Origin: Amoebophrya sp. A120
Taxonomy: Eukaryota > Protista > Dinoflagellata
Assembly: GCA_905178155.1 (NCBI GenBank)
Contig: CAJINV010000006.1
Coordinates: 892,557 to 956,556, forward strand
Reading direction: 5' to 3'
DNA: 64,000 nt
Translations under genes and position numbers: made by a program
Shown here: piece after piece, positions 23,259 through 36,500 of the stretch
Numbering within the stretch: the stretch's first letter is position 1
Layout of the letters: each line of letters begins with the position of its first letter
The notes under the pieces: generated by a model
What the model saw: the letters and a program-made list of their open reading frames with translations, nothing else
The model's database searches: none
What the model was told of the DNA's origin: nothing

Positions 23259-26200
23259 ATGACGAAGATGGCTAGCCCCAAGCGGTCTCCCTCCCCCATC
23301 CCGAAAAAAAGGCCCAACGAAGTATGACCTGCTCAAACGTTACAATCTCAAACGTTACGATAGAGTCTCGGTTTTGTATTGCATGATGAGCATGACAGAC
23401 TCGGACGGTATTCCACTTTCTGCAATACAAATTTCGCCAGATTTTTGTAGCGCGGATTGGGACTCCAGAACTTGCCATGCGCAATCCTATGAGAGCTGGC
23501 TAGATAATGCACTTCTTGCAACACAAATTCCAGACTCTATTGTAACGGTTGAGATTGTAACACCTGAGCAGGTTATACGAAGAATCTGCCGGATTACCAT
23601 TGTCATCCTCTTCAAAAACAACTACAGCTAGCAAAAATCTTGAGCAGTTTTCCACCACTAAGAAACAGAAGCAAGATCACTCTGAAAATATCCAAAACAC
23701 CACCTCCCCGAAATCATCTTCGAATACTAAAATGCTCAAGGGTTTCTGCACCTCCTCCAACGCAGCGAAGGCGGTCGTCGCCCCGGCTTTGGTGCCGACG
23801 CAACAGCACACGACGGCCGCGACCAAGAAGCACAAAGTCGCGTTGATTGGTTCCGGGAATTGGGGGTCTGCGGTGGCGACGATTATCGGGAAGAATGTGG
23901 AGAAACACCCGATATCAAATGTAAAAATGTCTGGGTCCTCTGGAAGAATGCAACTTGTGATGCTGGGTCTGCACTATCCAAAAATCTGTATTGCATGAAC
24001 AGCACAAGAGGTCTGGTTTTGGCCACGGCGGGAGGGCATTTCTCATGCGGTATAGGCATCAGAAAGCCCTCACAAGATCTGTGATGCTAGGGCATGCATC
24101 GCAGACATCAGGAGTCATGCAAAATGTGCACGACAAACCTTGCATCCTTCCAGACCCAGACATTTTTGCATTTGATACCCAAACCTGTTCGAGCCGATCA
24201 TCAACATGTACGTTTATGTATCCTGTGCAAAAGCATCGTACTCGGAGTAATTGCGTTTATGCATTACAAATCCCTTTCTCAAGGTAAATCAGCATTACAA
24301 ATTCCATTTGTAAAATGCTGGGCGAATTTGTAATGCAATTCATACTAGTACGTGTACGATACTTTTGCAGTTCATAGTATGAGGAGCAGATTGAAATGAG
24401 CAAGAAAAAACTCCTCGACTTACTGCCAGTTCCGGACCAGCCGACACCGAGTTCCACTGTTTCTGGGAACAATTCACCCGCTTGCTTCGTGAAAGATGGT
24501 GTGGAACTGATTAAAAGGAACCTGTCCGAAGTCATCAACGAAACCCATGTGAATGTCAAATACTTACCGGACATCCGCCTGCCCAACTCGATCTACGCGA
24601 ACAATGATTTGAAATCCTCCTGCTTAAACGCGGACATTCTCATCTGGTGTGTGCCGCACCAGTTCGTGACGCGGATGACAGGGGCGGTGAAAGAGAGCTG
24701 TGCTAAGGATGCGGTAATATTTTTAGGTTTTAGATTTAGTCGTGGGATGAAGATTTGGTTATGCAGATACTGAATTAAGTTTTGCAATTGTCATGCAGAA
24801 CAGCATGCTTATCATCGATGTCGTGGGTCACAATTAGTACTTATCTGAAACCTACAGATCTCCATCAGCTTAATCAAGGGCGGCATCGACATTGTGGACG
24901 GGGAAATTCAGCTCTGCTCCGAGCTGATTGCGAAAGAGATGGGTCACGAATGCCACGTGTTGATGGGCGCGAATCTGGCAAACGAAGTGGCGGAGGGCCA
25001 GTTTTGCGAAGCGACGATTGGGTACCCGACGACCGGACATGGGCACCTGACATCTGAGTTGCTAAAGCAGTTGTTTCATCTGGAGGAATCGTTTCAGGTA
25101 TAGAGAAAAAATTTGTGTTGGTGAATGTGAAATTCTTATGCTGTTTGTCATGCACAGTCCGCAAAATCAAAAAAGGAGATCTTTACATTGTCCCGAATTT
25201 GTCATGCGAAAATAACACGACGGACAAAGTCAAAAATAAACTTCAGATTTCCACCGTCCCGGACGTCCCGGGTGTCGAGCTCTGCGGCGCCTTGAAAAAC
25301 ATCGTTGCGGTTGGTGCCGGCTTCTGCGACGGACTCGGGTTGGGATCGAACACCAAAGCGGCTTTAATCCGAAAGGGTTTGGTGGAAATGCGCGAGTTTG
25401 TCCACATGTTCTACGGCACGGATTCCCCAAGCACCTTCTTCGAGTCCTGCGGTGTGGCGGACATCATCACTACTTGCTTCGGCGGGCGGAATCGAAAGTG
25501 CGCGGAGGCGTTTGCGAAGCGATTTGATTTGACCGACAGCAGTAACAAGAAGGACCAACTGTGGGCGGAAATCGAAAAGGAGCTCTTGAACGGCCAGAAA
25601 TTGCAGGGAACCCTGACCTATGAAATGCAAAAGCATCGTACTAGTATGAATCGCATTACAAATTTGCTCGGCATGAGAAATAAAATTTGTAATGTGGATT
25701 TAGCTTGAGAAAGAAATTTGTAATGCATGGCTGCGATTACTACGAGTACGATACTTTTGCACAGGATATGACCAGTAAGGAGATCCAGACGGTGCTGCTG
25801 AAGCACGACTGTGTCGCGAAGTTCCCGCTCTTTACCGCCATCAACACCTGCGCGTTCTCCGAAGGAGTGGACGTGAAGAGCTTCATCCCGCTGCTCGTCG
25901 GGAGCAGTAGTGGTGCGTTGAAGCCGAGTGGGGATAGCACGAATACGTTGTCCAGCACGGCGACATATCAACCGCAAATATGGCTGGGTCTGGAAGAATG
26001 CAAGGGTTGCTAAGCGGGTTTTGCATGAGCCACGACGCCTGTGATGTCTGTGCTAGCATCACAGATTTTCTGAGGGCTTCTTGATGCCTATCCCGCATGA
26101 CAAATGCCCTGTCCGCGTACTAGCAAAAATTTGATTCCTTTTACTGCTCATGCAATAGAGATTTTTCTAGAATCCAAATGCAGCATCACAAGTTCTTGCA

Positions 26201-26292
26201 TCCTTCCAGACCCAGACGGATTTGCAATGCATACGACCATGAACAGTTCGGGAAGCGGGGCGTCGATCAGCAGTAAATCGACGGGGGCTTGA
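23259..26292 (+). CDS. GPD1: NAD-dependent glycerol-3-phosphate dehydrogenase with long Ser/Thr/Lys-rich N-terminal extension
   Basis: [86 protein letters not shown]. Five introners plus GT-AG introns 24714-24857 and 25098-25246; TGA 26290-26292. Confidence 0.95.
23323..23577. mobile_element. Introner, F5-related
   Basis: TATGACCTGCTCA..TGAGCAGGTTATA; DR CGAAG. Confidence 0.9.
23913..24177. mobile_element. Introner F1
   Basis: TIR; DR CCCGA/CCCAA; removal restores KHPNLFEP. Confidence 0.95.
24219..24376. mobile_element. Introner F2
   Basis: TIR; DR TTATG/GTATG; removal restores MYVYEE. Confidence 0.95.
24714..24857 (+). other. GT-AG intron with introner remnants
   Basis: GTAA+TAT start; residual TIR TAGGTTTTAGAT/ATCTGAAACCTA; TGTCATGC motif. 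Confidence 0.8.
25098..25246 (+). other. GT-AG intron with introner remnants
   Basis: G+TAT start; TCAGG/TCAGA repeat at ends; two TTTGTCATGC motifs. Confidence 0.8.
25619..25768. mobile_element. Introner F2
   Basis: TIR; DR TGACC. Confidence 0.95.
25966..26233. mobile_element. Introner F1
   Basis: TIR; DR CGACA/CGACC. Confidence 0.9.
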
Positions 26293-28144
26293 GCAAGAAG
26301 ATTCGATGACGATGGAGATTTGATTCGGGGTTATTTTCGGAGACACGTACAAGAAAAAGATGCAGTGTTTCTACTACTGTGCTTTGTAGCACAGAGGTGG
26401 AGCAGCTTAGTTTGGAGGATAGAAAATGAGATACAGCCCATGTTGAATATACTTAATTTTGCAACAAAAAATCTGAAGCCTAACAACAAGACAGAAATCG
26501 TGAAACGAAAGATAAAACATCGATCCATTTTTTGCCGTACACTTCTACTCACTCGAGTCACTAAAACGCCATGAAAATTCGTACTCCTTTCAAAGCAAAA
26601 ATGTACACAGTAGTAGACTTTGCTTCTGAACCACATGATGATATTTTTGGGACAATATTACATGCGAGTACGGCCGCTCTAGTTGTACTCTACTGTGTGC
26701 AGACAAGTGATTAAAAGCGTCTTCGCCGACGTCGATAGGTCTAGTGCGGCATTGCTTTGTTTATCATATGTGGCATGCGACAAAATCTACGCTTTTTAAG
26801 GTTTTCGTTGCGCCTCTCTGGTAAACTGGTACTGGACTAAAAAACATCTTCCGCACGGGTCTAGTAGTCTGGTAGCAAGCTTTTCGGCCATCCGTACTAA
26901 GTACCCGGGAATGGTAATTTTCCCCGTAGCATTATATCACCTGATTTATTCACCAGTAATGAATCAGAGTTACGGTGGTCCACGACCCCGTGCTATGGCC
27001 AATTGTCCGGCGAATTGCGACCGCTTTTTTTCAGCAAGCTGGACTATCAAAAACTGCGCGAACAAAGCCATGCAATTTCTGCTGTACAAACAATGGATTT
27101 GACGTATGCGCATGTACAAAATTTTTGATACCAGGCTTTGAGGATACTTATCACCTACTGAGAACATTTTCCTACATCACCGCTATTTTTTCCACCAACG
27201 AAATCTAACGACAGCAGGGTAAGTAACAGAACCAAAAGCAAAACTTCTTCACACCTAACGACCACCGCTTACTTTGAAGAAGATATAAGAAAAGTGCTTA
27301 GTAAGTGCCTTTCACCACGCGACACGAATAGTAGATACCGCACCCCGCCACGCCATTCAAGATGAAAAAGGAGAGCTTATTCCTTTGCGCCCCTGTTTTG
27401 ATGCCACGAGTTGCAGCGCAGCTACGCGGAAGATTCTAGTACAGGTCTTCGCGTTTTGCTATCTTCCTTATCTCAGTACTGACCTATCGCCCAAAAAAAT
27501 TTCAACCTTTTTGTTTTTTCCGATGTTTGACCTTCTGTTGCTAGGAGGTTCAAATGACTGCTCTTCTACCAAGGCTACATTCAAATATTTGCTACATCCG
27601 TGGAAGTATTAAAGACCGGAATTTTCTACTCTTACGCCCACGCCAATCCAAACCAAAATCAACGCCGAAATGAAATTCCCAAATTGTTTATGGGGTAGTT
27701 ACGACGAACTACCTGTGGACGCGCTGCGACTGTCGCTGCGTTCGTATGTTGAACCGTGTTCGCAACTACCGGATACAACAAGAAGCGTGTGCGTCAGTCT
27801 CCCCGTTGTTGCTGAAGGAAGAGCTGCCGGTCGTTGGCGTGAGGATGACGATCTTTTTTGTAATGAGACAGACACCACTGGTGCTATGATGGAGCGGCTT
27901 GTAGTTCTAGGTGTGCCGTTTGGTAAATTAGACATAGCGTAGGAACAAGCGGCCCAATAACCTCCCGAAGAAAGCACCAGATCTTACTAGCGTAAAAAAC
28001 ATTTAAGATTACCATGCACAGACATAGGAAGAGAACAATCCTGAAGAAGCTGCACGCCCATCTTTGCGGTTGTTCCAACACGAAAGTCGACTGCAGCCAC
28101 ATCTAGAACGCTTTTCAGATAAGGCCGCATCATCAAAATCAAGA

Positions 28145-31100
28145 ATGAGTGAAGCGGGCAACCCCTACGGGGCGGACGATGTCGATGAAGACGAGAATCA
28201 GTCCAACGTCGGCAATCCTTACGGCGAGGACGAATCCGTCGCAGATGATGGCAACGATAACAACCCCTACGGCGCGGAGGCAAACGCCGACAACGCCCGG
28301 GATCTTCACATGCAAGAAGACGAGGAGGACCCGGATGCGAACCCCTACGGCGTGCCGTTGTCGCAAGGACCGTCAGTCGCGGGGGACAGTGCGAATCCGT
28401 ACGGAGGGGGAGGTTCCTCCGCGGCGGTTGCCTCGACTCCCGCGGGCAACAGAAATCCCTACGCGCCGCCATCGAGCGTAGCACCAGGCCGGGTCGCCGC
28501 CGGGGGGAACAATAACTCATCTGTGCGGCTGCCGGTATTTACATAAACTGTGTGAAGAACCTTTCTTGTTTCCGGTCACGTCTATCTATGTATGATCGTG
28601 CCTGAGTTCTTAAGTGAGTACGTAAAGCAAAGTAAAAATGTCATTATCAGGCCGACGGTACGCCCGCGGGGCTCGAGAATCCCTACGGGCAGCACGACAC
28701 GGTGTTCACGCCCAATAGCCGAGACCGGGCGCGACTCAACGTTAATGCGAATAATCTCGGGTCTGTTTCCAACAACCAAGCGGGTGGTGCGGTGTCAAGT
28801 TCTTCGGTTCTCGCGGGAGGTCGAGGAGTTATAAACACGAATCATCGGAATGTAATTGTAAATGACCAACCCAGCAGAAATAATAATCCCAACAACGACT
28901 CCAATATACAAAACGAATCGATGGGACAGGAGCATTATCCTGTGCAAAAGTATCGTACTCGTACTAATTGCAATTTTGCATGACAAATGTTGTTCTTAAG
29001 GTAAAACAGCATGACAAGTTCCAGCTTTCATGCTGAGCAAATTTGTAATGCCATTTATACTAGTACGATAATTTTGCAATGCATAAGCATGACTCGATGC
29101 GGCAAGAGCAGAATATTGAATCGCTCAGACAGGACGATGGAGACAACAATTCTTCGGTATTAGATTCGAGATCCGGGGCGGGGATAAACAACAATCGCAA
29201 TGTAAAACTGCCGCCCGGAGCAGGTCCTGGTGCAGCTGCCGGTTCCAGCAGCAGCAACGTCGGAAGTGACCTGCAGAACCAGAACCTCTTGCCGCAGTTC
29301 CGAGATGGTGACAGTAGTGATGCCGGGCCGGGTATCAACTGTAAAAATGTCTGGGTCGGGAAGGTTTCAACTTGTGATGCTATCTTCGGATCCTAAGAAC
29401 ATTTGTATTGCATGACCGCAAGAAGAGGAGCTCATTTTGTGTTACGCCGGAAGGGAATTTATCATGCGGAATAGGCATCAGGATGCCCTTTAAAAGTCTG
29501 TGATGCTAGGCCATGCTTTACAAGCATCATGGGTCATGCAAAATATGCATGACAAACCTGGCAACCTTCCAGACCCAGACATTTTTGCATTTGATACCAG
29601 GCGCGGGTGCACGGCAAGACAGACAACCCCCGCAGCAGCCCGATGTCGACGACGAGAACTACATCCCACCACAAACAACGGACATCTTCAAGGGAAATGT
29701 GAAGCAGCAAAAAGTCGGCCGACACGCGCATTTTGAGAAAAGCGACGGGCTAGATGAAAGTGGACAAGGAGTTGCGCAGTCTGGTGGCGTCTTCAACAAC
29801 GCGAATAACCAGAACAAGAGCAATAGCGGTATCAATAAAAGAAACCCAAACAACCTCGCAATGTCGGTTTTTGACACGATCTTGGAAGGAAATGAGGACG
29901 AAGATGTTCTTGAAAAGGGCACGGATAACGACGGAGGAGTAGGAGATCAGAACGGGGGAATAAACGACAAGAATAACGCAACTACAGGGGGAAATAATGC
30001 AGCGGGAAACGACATCGATCTAGACGATATCGACGAAGACCAAGAACAGGCGAAGTTGCTGGATTTGATCCGCAAGTTTAAAATCGCGTGGACCAACGAG
30101 AAACACTGTCCCGAGGTGACGCCCTTCGATTTTGAGTTGCTGCAAGACTTCAACGAGGAACTAGATGTGCAGGAGGAGGTTTTGAAGGAATTGAGTAACA
30201 GCACCGCGTATGAACTGCAAAATTACATCGTGCCTCCTAGTAGAAATTGCAATACAACTTTGCTTGCATGGCGGATGGAATTTGTAATGCTGATTTAGCC
30301 CACGAAAATCAAAATGTCATGCCTAGCTGCAATTACTAGTACGAGTACGATACTTTTGCAATGCATGTCGTAGCTTCAATGTCCTTAAACCAGCCGATCA
30401 ACGCCTATTTGGACGAATTAGACGGCGAGGATGAGCTGTTTATCCCGTGCAAAAGTATCGTACTCGTATTGCAATCATGCATTACAAATCTTTTTCTTGA
30501 GGTAAATCAGCATTACAAGTTTTATTTCTCATGCTGAGGAAGTTTGTAATGCATTTACACAAGTACGAATACGATACTTTTACAGTTGATACTGTTCCGG
30601 AAAGAACAAGAATCCGTAGCGTTACTCGACCTGCACTACTACCGCTACATCTTGAAGGACTACATCCGGCTGAGAATCCGGAAAATCGAGGAGCACGCGC
30701 TGTTCTACGCGACTGACGCCCGCGCCAGGGACCAGTTGTCCGAACGAGAAAGAATTGTAGCGGAGAGGTTGTGGGAAGCACAAAAGTTCCACTTCTATGA
30801 ACTGCAAAAGTATCGTAGTACTCGTAGTATTGCAATACAAATTAGGTCGGCATGATGAAAAATGGAATTTGTCATCTTGATTTAGCTTGAGCAAGAAACT
30901 TGTCTTGCATGACTGGGATTAGTACGACTACGATGCTTTTGCACAGGATAACTTCGAGCACCGACTGATTTCGCAGCTGCCGCAACGTACAGTTTTTTCC
31001 TACATACATGAGACAGATACAGAAGTACAAGTAACAGTAAGATGCCAATGCGACAAGCTGCATGACAAACGGCCTGCTGTGTTGCGACACTCAGCAACAG

Positions 31101-32264
31101 AAAGAATTCTATGAACAAATGAAAACGACCCTCCAGGTGGCTGGATCATGGATGTGGAGGGTTTTGAAGCGAAGCAGACACTATCCCGCATGTCCAAGCC
31201 GAAATTTTTATCCGGGGTAGAAAATATTAACGTAGTACCCCTACTTACCCGCGTCGCAGTCAACATCATTCTTGCTACAACACAAATCAACAACAACAAA
31301 TTGTGGTTGTCGTGCTGCATGCGAACCTTGGATCTGTAAATGTAGTCGTGGTAGTTACAGTTGCGCAGGAGGCGCATGAGAAGTCGACGTTCGAAATCGA
31401 ATCCTGATCTGCATGACAAACATGAGATAATTGTGGGTAAGTACGCTTTGACGCAGGATAATTCGAGCAGTCGGTATTTTGCGAGGTGGTCGACCCCTTG
31501 GGATTCACCGTCCACCGAAAGAGACACGGGGATAATGTTCCAACGCCGCAGACGAGTCATGGACGTACTTATTTATCCTTTGCCTTACTCCCGTTTTTGT
31601 CATGCAGAATTCGCATTAAATTCCTTGTCATGCAGAATTCGCACCTAGTGCAGGATAAATGATGATGATGATGATGATGATTCTTTGTGATGCAAAGTCG
31701 TGTATGTACTTTATGCTTCTCAACACCAGGCCACTCCAGCGGCCTGAACCTGAACACCACTACCGGTAGCAGCCCGGCGATGCCGGGGCTCCCGTCCATG
31801 AGCAGCCGTCTCGGCATATCCTGAGTAAAAACGTTCCCACCCCAGAGTTGTCATGCAAATGCGCAATGACAGGAACATTTGTAATGCGCAGCCCAAGGAG
31901 AGGCATTTCCAATCGTGTTTTGGAAAAATCTGTAATGCTGTAAACAGGATGAGAAAATGACTTTCTCATGCGGCTTCCCTTACCAACCAGCACTACACTG
32001 CAGAGGGAAACTTGTCATGTACAGTTCCCAAAGCTTGGAGATTTGTGTTGCTAGATTCCCAACTTGACTATGGGGTGGGGACGTTTTTACACAGGATACG
32101 GCAACCGGCATTCCAGCAGCGCGTCTTCCGGAACGGGCGGCTCCTCCGGTTTTGCCAGTGGCATGGATCCTATCTTGGTGAAGATGGAGCACGGGAAGCG
32201 GTTTTTGATCGAGTACAAACTGATTCGCGACGCTTTTCACGCGAAAAAAGTCATTTTGATCTAA
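28145..32264 (+). CDS. SLD5: GINS complex subunit 4 (SLD5) with long NPYG-repeat, Asn/Gly-rich N-terminal extension
   Basis: AWTNEKHCPEVTPFDFELL, DLHYYRYILKDYIRLRIRKIEEHALFY, LSERER and C-terminal GKRFLIEYKLIRDAFHAKKVILI* match the SLD5 pattern. Exon structure 30990-31730 not fully resolved. Confidence 0.8.
28535..28650 (+). other. GT-AG intron in SLD5
   Basis: GTATT..ATCAG; removal keeps the NPYG-repeat frame. Confidence 0.7.
28936..29085. mobile_element. Introner F2
   Basis: TIR; DR AGCAT. Confidence 0.95.
29333..29596. mobile_element. Introner F1
   Basis: TIR; DR CCGGG/CCAGG. Confidence 0.9.
30209..30367. mobile_element. Introner F2 (ends ATG)
   Basis: TIR; DR decayed CCGCG/TCGTA; +5 rule keeps frame. 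Confidence 0.8.
30441..30591. mobile_element. Introner F2
   Basis: TIR; DR CTGTT. Confidence 0.95.
30796..30950. mobile_element. Introner F2
   Basis: TIR; DR ACTTC. Confidence 0.95.
31817..32098. mobile_element. Introner F3
   Basis: TIR; DR CGGCA. Confidence 0.95.
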
Positions 32265-33519
32265 AAATCGCGACGGTGTCTACTTTGCTGACAGGAAACA
32301 AGCGTGTTAGCTCTCCCGGCGCTGCTTGCCAGCATCGCAGCTATTGCTGTCAAAATAAGTACTTAGCCAGCCACTACACCCTCTACACAGGAGACATTTT
32401 GCAAAAATTGTGCACAAATAAAAGAACCTTTTGCAGTAGTAGTTCGACGTCGTGCACTTCTTTGAAGATGCCTTAATACTTCCGCATTCATCATTGTGAA
32501 AAGATCAGCTTTCACAATTTTTTCAAGAAAAGAAACAAGCAGCGTCAAAGCATCTTTGCTTTTTCAGGCTGCTGTGCTGTCAAGCATCGTTAGCTTGCGT
32601 TAGGACCTAGACCTACCACGCCCAAGTGTTCAGAAAGTGTGGTGGACAATGCACTCTGCAGACGAGAGTAGATCATTCAGTGCTGTGTTGTACCGGCGTT
32701 GACCCCATATTTGTCGAAGAAATCGGTTGTTTTATTCCCTGACGCAATGCTCTGCCAAGTATGATTGGCGCTTGCAAGATGATATATGGTGCAGCTGTAA
32801 AAAAGTTAATATACTTCTTGTTTTTACTTTTGCCGGCTTGGCATGGACAATTTTCAAAAAAAGTGCATGTTTGAGAATGACATTCGCGCTTCTTGCCACC
32901 TTGCAGTTTTGATGGTGCCCATTGCAACTTCCACACCCATAGTTTTGAAACACCCAAAACACGACCCATAGTCTTGGAACGTCCGTAGTAAAGGAACAAA
33001 AACACGAGTAACCACTACAACCCGAAGCCATTTTGAGCAGTAAAGTAGACATCCAATTACATGTACTTCCAGTAGTTGAAGTTGTTTCATCAAGTTTCAC
33101 GCAATTTTCACATAGTAGAGGTTGTTTCCATATCTAGGATTTTTCTCAAGAGTACGTCGCATATTAGTGGAGTAGAACGAGTACTAGTCCTTCAGTAACT
33201 ATAATTAAGCCGACAAACAAACAAACTATGATTAAGCCGAAGTGCGAGCTGAGTAGCGATCATCGAGTATAGAAACCAGCACTGCTTTCATATTGAAGCA
33301 CAGTAAAAACAAAAACATATACACCCGGCGCGTCTGGTGTGAGTATCTGAGCCGGCTAGCAGTATCACTGATAGCTCGCCGTAGCCTAGACAAATTTTTG
33401 CACTTATATATTCTCTATCACCTAGTAAAACCTTCTGACAATAAAAAGATAAACGTCGACCCGCCCAAGAAAATCACCACTGGTACCCCACACTGCGTCA
33501 AAGTTCAACTATTCTCAAG

Positions 33520-36500
33520 ATGTCGTCCAATGGCGCCTCCTCCTCTTCCCTCCCACTCGTCCCCGACTTGATTGATGAGACCGTGACGCCCCCGGCGGAA
33601 AGAATTATTTCCGAGGTCAACCCGTTTTTGAAACACACCGGCAAGGAAGCATCCACCTGCACCGATTGCCCAAAGCAGCATGGTCTCAAGCTCTTCGTGT
33701 CTCCCGTCGGGAAGCCCTGCGCGGTGTGTGGGAAGCAGATGCCGAACGGCGACCGCGCGTGGAGGTGTTTCCCCTATCCTGTGTGAAAACGTCCACACCA
33801 CAGAGTTGTCATGCAAATCTGCGTGCTGAAAATGTTTCTCATGCGGTCGCCGAAAGTGCTTCCTCGCCCACCCCCCGGGGAGGGGATCCTTGACCTGTGG
33901 CGCTGGGTGCGGGTGTCCACTCCATGATGATGATGATGCGGAGCCCCATGAGAAGCATTTTCCAGTCGTGTTTTGGAATTTGGCATGCTCCAATCAGCAT
34001 GATGTACTAGAGCTGTGATGCTGCTGAGCTAGCTCAAACAGAACTGCGCTACGAGTCCAAATTTGTCATGTAAAACAGCCAAAGCTTGTGGATTTGTCTA
34101 GGCGAGTCCCCATCTTGACTATGGGGTGGGGACGTTTTTGCTTAGGATATCCTTTGCGACTTTCACATGTGCATCGACTGCCATGACAAAGGCGGGAAGT
34201 ATGACGTGGGCAGCGTGCAATTGAGTGGCGGGTAAGAGTACCTTTTTGCTTTTGATATCTTGGGCTGCTGGACTAGTTGTACAAAGGCATGACAGAAGCT
34301 TTTCTCAAAAAAATAACCAAGATGTTATACGTGTAATTCTGGTTTCTTCACCAAGAAAAACGCAAATGCCCTCCACCAAATAAAAATAAAAAAAAACCAG
34401 GTACCACAATCCCGGTTGGGATGGAAAGGCTATGGACCCCTTCGGCGATAACATAAAGCGCGAGGTCGGGCAGCTCAAGGACTTACTTACCAAATACGCG
34501 GAATCAACCAGGTTGCAGATAGTAAACTGCAAAAACGTGATTCCAGATTACAGCAACCGAGGGCATACGGGGTTATCCGTCGAGCACGTGCACAAAGTCT
34601 CGCAGTCCATGGCGAAGGGATACGGGATTCTCAATCGTTACATTCTCAATTTTTACATGGATTTGTCATGCAAAAATACCATGAGCCACCAGAAGATCAA
34701 GCTACCTCGCATGACAAATCCCCGAAGAGCTAAACAGTCCCTAAATCTGTACCCAATTATTTGTGATGCGAGAGCTGCAAGCTTGTCGCTGCAAGCTTGT
34801 CCTTTTCACTGTTGCGGTTCTTGCGTCACAAACTCATGTAATGGCTGAGAATGTAACAGTTGAGAACGGTATAAGGGATTCCGGGAAAGAGACATCACGG
34901 AAAACGACGCTAAGACCGTATCCTTTGTAAATACGTCCCCAGCTGCTCCAAGTAGTTGTAATGCAAATCTGCATGCTGAAAATATTTCTCATGCGGAAGA
35001 ACCCCATGAGAAACAATTTCTAGTCGTGGTTCGGAATTTTTTGTCATGCTCCAATCAGCATCATATGCTAGATCTGTGATGCTCCTGCTGAACTAGCCAA
35101 ACAGTATCACACTACGAGACCAAACTTGTCATGCGCAAGAGCCAAGGCTTCGTTCATTTGTCTAGCAGATAATTTCCCATCTTTCTTGACTATGGGGCGT
35201 CGTGGGCACCGTTTTTACACAGGATATTCCGGCCACGTAGGTTACGACATCCCGGTTCTAGTGAGGGAAACGACGCAATCCAGCGAGGAGAACGGGAGGG
35301 GGTTAGGGAAGGAATCCCTGAAAAACTGGACGGGAGTGGTGCTAGAAAACGGAACCGGGTTTCCCAAACCTTCGATCCATCTCTTGCGGAAGTCGCAAGA
35401 CGTCGAGGTGTATGCATTGCAAAAGCGTCGTTTGTCATTGTCTCGTACTACTACTACTTGCAGGACAGCATGACAAATCTGGTCTCCTGCGTAAATTCAG
35501 CATTACAAATTGCATTTTTCCTACTTCACAAGTACGATAGGATACTTTTGCAGTGCATAAGGTCTACTGCTCCTTGGGGAACGGACACTTCTTCCAAGCT
35601 CTGAATAACTACCGGACGGTATGCAAGAAAGAAGCTGTGTAGGTGTAACTTTGTGATGCAGAAAATGCAAAACTGTGACACTCGTCATGCTGGATCTGCG
35701 TTATAGGCTACTTTCATACGTGATTCTACATACTAGCTGCGCATGCCAGCTTCTCCCTGTAATGCAAAGCGAATTTGTGATGCTGCTCTTCCTACAAGGT
35801 CTACACTTGTTACACAGTTTTTTTCCTGGATAGACGGGAAACAAGAGCATATGGACAAATGCGAATCGTACTGCGTTGTTCTGATTTCGTGGTTTGCGTC
35901 TCATGTTCTACATCAAGTGATTGTTGTTTCCTACATGAATCTGTATCTTCTGCGCCTTGTGATATTAATGCAGCACTTCAATGGCGGCCTAGAGCCTAAC
36001 AAGAATTCAGCATGACAATAATCGCTGCAGATTCGCATTCGCGCGCGCCCCTTCGTCGCTACAACGGCGAACTCTGCCCACGCCCCGCCCGATCGCGCCA
36101 ATTTTCTTTTACGGTAGAGTTTTGCACCAGCGCGTGTAAGAAGTTGTGCCGTCGTGGTCGTCAATTGAATGTGTATGTGATTTTGACACGATATGCATAT
36201 GTCAATGATCAAAAACGAACATTACGATTTGACTTAAACAGCCCGTCCCGACGGCGAGGCGTACGTGGAGGAGTACAAAGTTCCCGAGGAGGATGGCGCG
36301 AACCCTTTGCTCCGGGACCATGTCCTCAACGGCGTGCCCAGCTTGATTCTCCGACCAGAGATCAGTCTGAAGGAGAGAATATGCACTGCAAATATGCCTG
36401 GGTCTGGAAACCTGTGATGCAAGGGAGGGAATAGTCAGAACACTGTTTTCCGCTGCCAAGCAAGACAAATTTTTCGGCGTTTCTGAGTTGCGTACTCCGC

